The translations under genes were made by a program, and so were the position numbers. From Polyangiaceae bacterium (lineage in GTDB: Bacteria > Myxococcota_A > Polyangia > Polyangiales > Polyangiaceae): DNA of 64,000 bases. The stretch lies in the NCBI GenBank assembly GCA_044376115.1, contig JBILLK010000036.1:32001-96000 (forward strand), read 5' to 3'. This document shows positions 58,759 to 64,000 of this stretch, in pieces; position 1 is the stretch's first letter; every line of letters starts with the position of its first letter. The notes under the pieces were generated by a model, which was not told the DNA's origin, ran no database searches, and saw only the letters and a program-made list of their open reading frames with translations.

Positions 58759-59873
58759 CGCAGGAGCTCCGGTAACTCGAAGGATGCCGGTTGAGCCAGA
58801 GACTCGTGCGTGAACCATGCGGACGGATCTTCCCTGTACGGTGTGAGCGGTGAAACAAACTTGTCTGCGAAGGGGTCCCGCGCCATCTCGTGCAAGTCGG
58901 AGAGCCCCTCCAGCGGCGCCGCGTACATTGCGTCGCGTTCGGCTTTGAGACTGGCGACCGCTGCTTTGTCACCACGACCTGCTGCGTTCGTGATGGCTTT
59001 GTTGAGTTCTAGGGCCCTCTTGGCCCGCCGATTTCTGTCGTCGGCTATGAGCTTCTCCAGCTCCTTCTGCTTCTTCATGAGATAGGCGATCGAGGGCGAG
59101 CCTGTGGCGATGAAAAGTTCGCGAATGATCTTTGGGGGCGTGCCTTGGCCAACGGGCGCCAGATGTAGCCGCCAGATCTGTTGTGCGAGGCCCTTTTCGT
59201 TGTGGGAGAGCACGACCATCGGCATCAGATCGAGTGCGGTGGAAAGTCGCGAGCGTTGCTTCTTTGAGTTCTCGCGTTCGTGCTCATCGAGTTCGGGCTT
59301 GCCAGGCGCGTATTCATTCGCTCGCGCGACGGTTTCCGTTTGCAGTTCCTCCAAGGACTTGTCCCGCGCGCCCGCTTCCCACATCACCTCCGCAAAGACG
59401 CCACGCGGTGCGTAGACGATCCAAAACGCGCGCAGTGAAGCGTGATAAGGCGTGTTTCTCAGCGACAAGAGTAAGCGGGCGATCGAGTAGTTCCGCGTTG
59501 GTTCTTCTCGGCTCCACATCGGGATCATTCGGCTAATGAACAGGATGTTCTCTTCGCCGAGTTCAGCCCCGGCCCGCTCCGGAAGCTGCGCAACCACCAA
59601 CCGAGCCAGCCCTACCGGCCGGGCCCGGCGCAGGGTGTCGAATTGCTTCTCCGCTTCCGCCGTCAAGGGTGGCAACGTACCGAGACCAACGAAGTTGGCT
59701 TGGGTACCCGGCACCGTTGAGAAGGCCCCGCCCGCGAAGATGCCCTGGTGCTTGCCGAACATCACCGAATCACCGCCGGCATGTGCGTTGGTGTCGAGCA
59801 TTTGAACAACAGGTCCTTCCGCTTCTGAGCGGGTGAAGCTTCGTAGAACCATCGATGCGTGCGACCAGTCGTC
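58755..59873 (-). pseudogene. C-terminal remnant (~370 codons) of a putative T6SS effector or evolved VgrG
   Basis: Protein-like frame starts exactly where vgrG homology stops; no convincing start of its own; followed by translationally coupled lipoproteins. Confidence 0.55.
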
Positions 59874-60202
59874 TGGTCCTGAAAGATGCGGCTTAACCGT
59901 CGGGTGGAGAGTCGAACGATCTGCGGAACGAGTCGGATCGACGGTTGGGCTTGTCCGTCTGCGAGCACGTCCCCCCGAACGGCAGCAGCAATCATTCCGG
60001 CGATGGTCCGCTGCTTGCCACCCACCCAAAGGTCGAGCCTCGCGGCGCGACCTAGGGTCCCCGAAATATCCAGGGCTTGCGGGGCTAGAAGCTTAACGTC
60101 GAAACGGAAGGGCCTAGAGAGCGCCTCGCGCCCCTTGAACGAGACAACGTCGAACTCCGTCTCGATGCCGTGGATCTTGAGCAAGAAGGTGGTTGCGCTC
60201 AT
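59867..60202 (-). pseudogene. vgrG: Truncated VgrG (first ~112 aa only)
   Basis: FDVVSFKGREALSRPFRFDV...LGRAARL...RTIAGMI...LVP....L..RRLSRIFQDQT, then abrupt loss of homology; AGGAG RBS. Confidence 0.85.
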
Positions 60203-60261
60203 GGTGCGTGGCTCCTGAGGGGCATGTGTTACCCGCCGACCCAGGGCGTGGATGGCCGTGG

Positions 60262-60279
60262 GAACATATGGATATGTTC
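60262..60279. promoter_or_regulatory. Perfect palindrome upstream of the vgrG remnant (candidate operator)
   Basis: GAACATAT-GG-ATATGTTC, AT-rich in a GC-rich context, 60-77 bp upstream of ATG 60202. Confidence 0.45.
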
Positions 60280-60316
60280 AGGTGCGTCGGCGAGCGCTCA
60301 CCTTTTTGCAGGTGGG

Positions 60317-61393
60317 CTAGATCTTCACTTCACGCAGTCGGATCTTGTTCACGTCGAAGGTGCCGAGCCCGAGTTCTCCGGCGGCGCGAATGTAGGAAGG
60401 TTCGCGGCCAGCGGCCTTGAGTGAGGGCAGGCCGTTCTCTTTGCGGTGGTGATCGATCACCTGCCAGCCGATCACGTCGAGCGCGACCGGATCCGTCGAG
60501 GCGTAGAGGCACTCATGCGGGATGCGTCGCTTGGGGTTTTTGTCCAGCGGGCCCTGATCGTAGATCAGCTTGAAGGCGTCGCTGATGTGCAGCCGCACGC
60601 GGCTCTTGACCACGTCTTGTGCGTAGAGCTGGGCGATCTGCGGGCTGGCGTTGTGCTCATGAAACACGTGCGGGTTGATGATCGTCCCGTGGGTGATGTT
60701 CTTCATCGCCCCGGTGAAGCCGCAGATGCTGTGGTCTTTGATCATGCACAGGTTGATCACGCAGGTGGCCTCGGTGAAGGCGCGCGCGTATTGCGTGGTG
60801 TAGCTACCGACTTTGATCTCCTCCATCACGGCGTCTTTGTTGTCGTGGATGGCGGTGCGCACGCCGGCGGGGAACTCCGGGTCCAACGTCTGCGCTTTGT
60901 CCACCACGCGCGTGCCGGTGAGGAATTTCTTGAACTGCTCGTAGATGATGATGTTCTGCGCGGGCACGCCAGCGGCGATCACCCCGTTGACCACCGCCAA
61001 CACCAGCTCTTTGTTGGTGGCCATGGTGGCGCCTTGCTGCCCTGCGATGCCGTTCGGCTTGATCGCTACGATGTCACGCGGATCAACGAACAGCTTGAAG
61101 GCCTCTCCCAAATCGGCCCGGCCGGTCAGCTCCTCCATCACCCGCTGCAACATCGACGTAGCGGCCTCTTGCTTCGGCCACAGACCGTTCTCGATCAGCG
61201 TGTTGGCCTTCTCGACCTTGACCACCTTGCCGGGGTTGGACCAGGGAATGAAGCCCGTGGGCCGCGCTGCCGAGAGATTCTCCCGGGCAAAAGCGCTGGT
61301 CTCAGCTTGCGTCAACCCAGCTACGGCAGCCCCAAGCGAGAGGGCCGCGGAGCCTGAAAGCCAGCCTCTACGGCCAATCGACTGTCGGTTCAT
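60317..61393 (-). CDS. DUF362-family protein with Tat signal
   Basis: GRRGWL twin-arginine signal, VAIKPN, KDHSICGFTGAMKN, GP, STDPVALD. Confidence 0.88.
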   Translation of the reverse strand: MNRQSIGRRGWLSGSAALSLGAAVAGLTQAETSAFARENLSAARPTGFIPWSNPGKVVKVEKANTLIENGLWPKQEAATSMLQRVMEELTGRADLGEAFKLFVDPRDIVAIKPNGIAGQQGATMATNKELVLAVVNGVIAAGVPAQNIIIYEQFKKFLTGTRVVDKAQTLDPEFPAGVRTAIHDNKDAVMEEIKVGSYTTQYARAFTEATCVINLCMIKDHSICGFTGAMKNITHGTIINPHVFHEHNASPQIAQLYAQDVVKSRVRLHISDAFKLIYDQGPLDKNPKRRIPHECLYASTDPVALDVIGWQVIDHHRKENGLPSLKAAGREPSYIRAAGELGLGTFDVNKIRLREVKI

Positions 61394-61471
61394 GCGGAAA
61401 ACAATGCTACACGACGGACCTCCCTGGGGCCACCCGCGCGCGCTCGGTTCCTTTGTACGGAGAGACCTCCC

Positions 61472-62860
61472 ATGACCGTTCGGCCCAATAAGACCTCCAA
61501 GCCCGCACCGGCCCCGCGCACTCGTACGCTGCGTCCACCCAAGCCGGTGGCTCCGATTGCGCCGGCGGTTCCGTTTGATCGGGCCTTCGAGTTCGTCTCC
61601 TTCGTCTCCCGCGCGATGCCGCTCACCACGCTGCTGGACGGCTTTCCGCAACGCGCGGCCAAGTTGCTGCGCGCCGAGGTGCTCAGCGTTTATCTGCTCG
61701 AGGGGCACGGCGACGGCCTGGTTCTGCGCGGCAACATCGGTTTTCGGCCCAACGCGCAAGGCACCATTCGTTTACGCGTCGGTGAAGGGCTCACCGGCCT
61801 CGCGGTGAAAGAGCTGCGGCCGATCCAGGCGGATCGCGCGTTTGGTCACAAAGAGTTTCGTCGCTTCGATGAGCTCGATGAAGATCGCTTTCCGGTGTTC
61901 TTGGCGTTGCCGATCTTGGGCGCTGAAAAGAAGCCGCTGGGCGCATTGGTTGCGCAGCGGCGCACCGGCGCTTTCTCCGATGAGGAGGTGTTGCTCGCAG
62001 CCGCGCTTACTGCACCGGTGGCGCACGCCGTGCGTCAGGCAGCCTTGCTCGATGACCTGCGCGACAAGCAAGAACGTCGCACCGGCGGAGGGACGCGCAA
62101 GGTCACCTTGCCCGGCCGTCCGATCTTGCCAGGCCGTGCGATGGGAGCGATTGCTGCTTTGCGCAGACCAGCGAAAGACCGCAAAACGCCGCCGCGACCG
62201 GATGAAGAAAAGATGGTCGTGGCAGCCTTCGACACCGTTGAAAAGGCTCTGCGCGCTCTGCAGCAGAAGGCCGTTTCGATGCACCTCGTCGGGCAAACCA
62301 GCTTCCTCGAGAGCTACGTTTTGATGGCCGGCGACGAGCGGCTGCGGGAACGGGCGATCGAGCTCATCCGCGAAGGCAAAGGCGCCTCCGAGGCACTCTC
62401 CACCGTGGCTCGCGAGGTCACGCGGGTGGCGCGCGGCATCGTGGGAGATCCGTTCTTGGAGGAGCGTTCACGCGATATCGAGGATCTCGTGGAGGCTGTA
62501 CTGATGCACGCGGCGCATGATTCGCGTGGCATCGTTCCGGCCAAGGCGGTGCTGATCAGCGACCAGGTCACCGTGTTCGATCTGCTGGTGACCGCGCGCG
62601 CCCAGCTGCAGGCCATCGTGCTCACGCAGCCACTTTCACCGCGTACCGAGGTGCTCACGCGGCTCTTGGACGTGCCGGTGATCGCCGAGGTGGACGGCGC
62701 ATTGAAGTGGGCCGCCCCCGGCGACGTCGCGCTGGTGGACGCCGATCACGGCTTTGTGATCCTCAATCCTTCGCGCGCCGAGGTGGCCTCGTTGCGTGCT
62801 TGGCGCAAACGGGCCGGACACGAGGCCGATGAAGCGGTACCGACTTTGCGTACGACGTGA
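61472..62860 (+). CDS. PtsP (EI-Ntr)-like protein: GAF + EI N-terminal domains, lacking the phospho-His and the PEP-binding C-terminal domain
   Basis: GAF with SVYLL..LVL..G..IRLRVGEGLTG, FLALPI, GALVAQ, FSDEE; EI-N PGRAMG, DPFLEERSRDIEDL, D.ALVDADHG.V.LNP; the ORF stops soon after. Confidence 0.85.
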   Translation: MTVRPNKTSKPAPAPRTRTLRPPKPVAPIAPAVPFDRAFEFVSFVSRAMPLTTLLDGFPQRAAKLLRAEVLSVYLLEGHGDGLVLRGNIGFRPNAQGTIRLRVGEGLTGLAVKELRPIQADRAFGHKEFRRFDELDEDRFPVFLALPILGAEKKPLGALVAQRRTGAFSDEEVLLAAALTAPVAHAVRQAALLDDLRDKQERRTGGGTRKVTLPGRPILPGRAMGAIAALRRPAKDRKTPPRPDEEKMVVAAFDTVEKALRALQQKAVSMHLVGQTSFLESYVLMAGDERLRERAIELIREGKGASEALSTVAREVTRVARGIVGDPFLEERSRDIEDLVEAVLMHAAHDSRGIVPAKAVLISDQVTVFDLLVTARAQLQAIVLTQPLSPRTEVLTRLLDVPVIAEVDGALKWAAPGDVALVDADHGFVILNPSRAEVASLRAWRKRAGHEADEAVPTLRTT

Positions 62861-62880
62861 ACATGGGCTAAGCGAAGGCC

Positions 62881-63249
62881 ATGTCTGCACGCGAATACGA
62901 GCTCGTTCACACAGTGCGCTTCGAGTCGGCCCGGCGTCTGCCGCGCACTCCCGCTGACCACCCTTGTCACAACGTGTACGGGCTGGCCTTCTACCTCGAT
63001 ATCCACGTCACCGGCACGCTAGACGGAGCCACAGGCTGGGTGTTCGACTTCGCCGAGATCGAGAAGGCGATGAAGCCGCTCTGGCTGCAGATCGACCATC
63101 ACTACCTCAATGACGTAGCCGGTCTGGAGAACCCCACGAGCGAGGTGCTGGTGACCTGGATTTGGGACAACCTCAAGCCCAAGTTGCCCGGCCTCAAGCA
63201 GCTGGTGCTCAAAGAGAATGACGTCTCGCGCGTGATCTTCCGAGGCTGA
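62881..63249 (+). CDS. QueD/PTPS-family protein lacking the three Zn-binding histidines
   Basis: TGWVFDFAE, IDHHYLND..GLENPTSEVL..WIWD..KP match E. coli QueD, but AHRL..C..LHGH reads ARRL..C..VYGL. Confidence 0.88.
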   Translation: MSAREYELVHTVRFESARRLPRTPADHPCHNVYGLAFYLDIHVTGTLDGATGWVFDFAEIEKAMKPLWLQIDHHYLNDVAGLENPTSEVLVTWIWDNLKPKLPGLKQLVLKENDVSRVIFRG

Positions 63250-63252
63250 TCG

Positions 63253-63786
63253 ATGTACCGCGCTTCCGCCTCCATCCACATTCACTTTGCGCATCACGTG
63301 CGCGGTCATTCCGGGCCGTGCATTTCGCTCCACGGTCACACCTGGAAGTTCGAGGTCGTGCTCGAGGCCAAGACGCTCAGCGCCGAGGGCTTCGTCGTCG
63401 ATTTCGATCTCGTGCACTCCGATGTCTTGGTGCCCGCCTTCAATCTGCTCGATCACAGCTTGGCCATCGGGCAGGCCACCTGGGCCGACACCGAGAAGCT
63501 GCTCGAACCGCTCGGCGAGGTGCTGGTGAAGTCACGGCAGGAGACGCTCGGTCACTGCGGTGAGCGGCAACCCGGCCTTTCGGGCGAGCTCGCCGGCGCC
63601 GGCAATCGTTATCCCGGCGGCATCAAGATCGCCCTGTTCCCGTTTACGCCCACCAGTGAACGGTTGGCCTCCTGGCTCTTGGAGGTCGCTGCAGCGCGCT
63701 TCAACGACGAGCGCGTGCGCGTGGTTACCGGCCGCATCTTTGAAACGTTGCACCCGGCCGAGACCATCGCCGAGTATTGGGCGTAG
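63253..63786 (+). CDS. queD: 6-carboxytetrahydropterin synthase QueD/PTPS family, intact motif, with insertion
   Basis: FAHHVRGHSGPCISLHGHTW, GFVVDF, LDH, TPTSERLA, FET. Confidence 0.85.
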   Translation: MYRASASIHIHFAHHVRGHSGPCISLHGHTWKFEVVLEAKTLSAEGFVVDFDLVHSDVLVPAFNLLDHSLAIGQATWADTEKLLEPLGEVLVKSRQETLGHCGERQPGLSGELAGAGNRYPGGIKIALFPFTPTSERLASWLLEVAAARFNDERVRVVTGRIFETLHPAETIAEYWA

Positions 63787-63857
63787 ACTCGGGGCCCAGC
63801 AGGCGCGGCCAACATGCCGGGAACTTCTTCCCTGGCCAGGTGTCTGCTTGCTCCCCC

Positions 63858-64000
63858 ATGCCCTTCCCCGATCTGCTGCACCCTGAGCCTCAGCGTCGCC
63901 TGCCCGCAGATCTCGTGCGGCAGATCGTTGCATTCGCTTTTGCGGTGGGGGACGGCGCCGAGCAGCTGCAAGAGGCCTTCACCCGCGCCACGGTGGCCGC
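63858..64000 (+). CDS. 5' end of a gene running off the window (product uncertain)
   Basis: ATG 63858, open to the end with host-like codons: MPFPDLLHPEPQRRLPADLVRQIVAFAFAVG... Confidence 0.5.
   Translation, partial: MPFPDLLHPEPQRRLPADLVRQIVAFAFAVGDGAEQLQEAFTRATVA

Larger units (their letters stand above)
56707..58821. repeat. Tandem direct duplication, ~1.05-kb units (56707-57757 and 57762-58821)
   Basis: Both units start CCGAGGACTAACAAGCTTCTCATTGGCCC and end GAGCCAGAGACTCGTGCGTGAACCATGCG; 4-nt TTCA junction at 57758-57761. Confidence 0.9.

Noticed and set aside
56707..58821. Near-identical gene copies as a diversity-generating retroelement template/variable pair
   Set aside because: Differences are not confined to adenines, include many synonymous changes and indels, and no reverse transcriptase is present.
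61393..61759. N-terminal extension of DUF362 (480-aa ORF)
   Set aside because: Antisense to the PtsP-like gene; the Tat signal marks the real start at 61393.

Overview
High-GC bacterial DNA, most likely Myxococcota (Polyangiaceae-like). This is inferred from gene content: FHA/sigma-54 activators, Hanks-type kinases with PEGA proteins, DUF1592/DUF1552, TIGR02270 and many Gly/Cys-rich lipoproteins. A housekeeping and signalling backbone (hybrid PAS kinase, mlaE, tsaE, FAD monooxygenase, old yellow enzyme, S55 peptidase, DUF362) is interrupted by three visibly AT-richer conflict islands. (1) ~10.7-20.4 kb: an orphan T6SS spike/effector module with a twice-frameshifted vgrG, a DUF6484-like gene, a DUF4150 PAAR-like/VRR-NUC nuclease, DUF3396 immunity, TIGR02270, DUF2169 and a ketoacyl-synthase-like adaptor. 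(2) ~42.2-49.0 kb: an Rhs toxin with a Zn-deaminase C-terminus, no PAAR domain and no co-oriented immunity gene; its frame is broken inside a 19-G homopolymer. (3) ~54.8-60.2 kb: a vgrG stub joined out of frame to an effector remnant, followed by three paralogous lipoproteins (probable immunity array) with a visible ~1.05-kb tandem duplication. Other notable signals are an atypical tRNA-Asp(GUC)-like gene, a clear sigma-54 promoter with candidate IHF and enhancer sites driving Kazal/pacifastin-like lipoproteins, and a putative operon at the right end. That operon holds two apparent pseudoenzymes (a truncated, His-less EI-Ntr and a QueD lacking all three Zn ligands) next to an intact QueD-family gene. 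No CRISPR array, rRNA, integrase or transposase was recognised. All family names come from motif recognition by eye, not from database searches.
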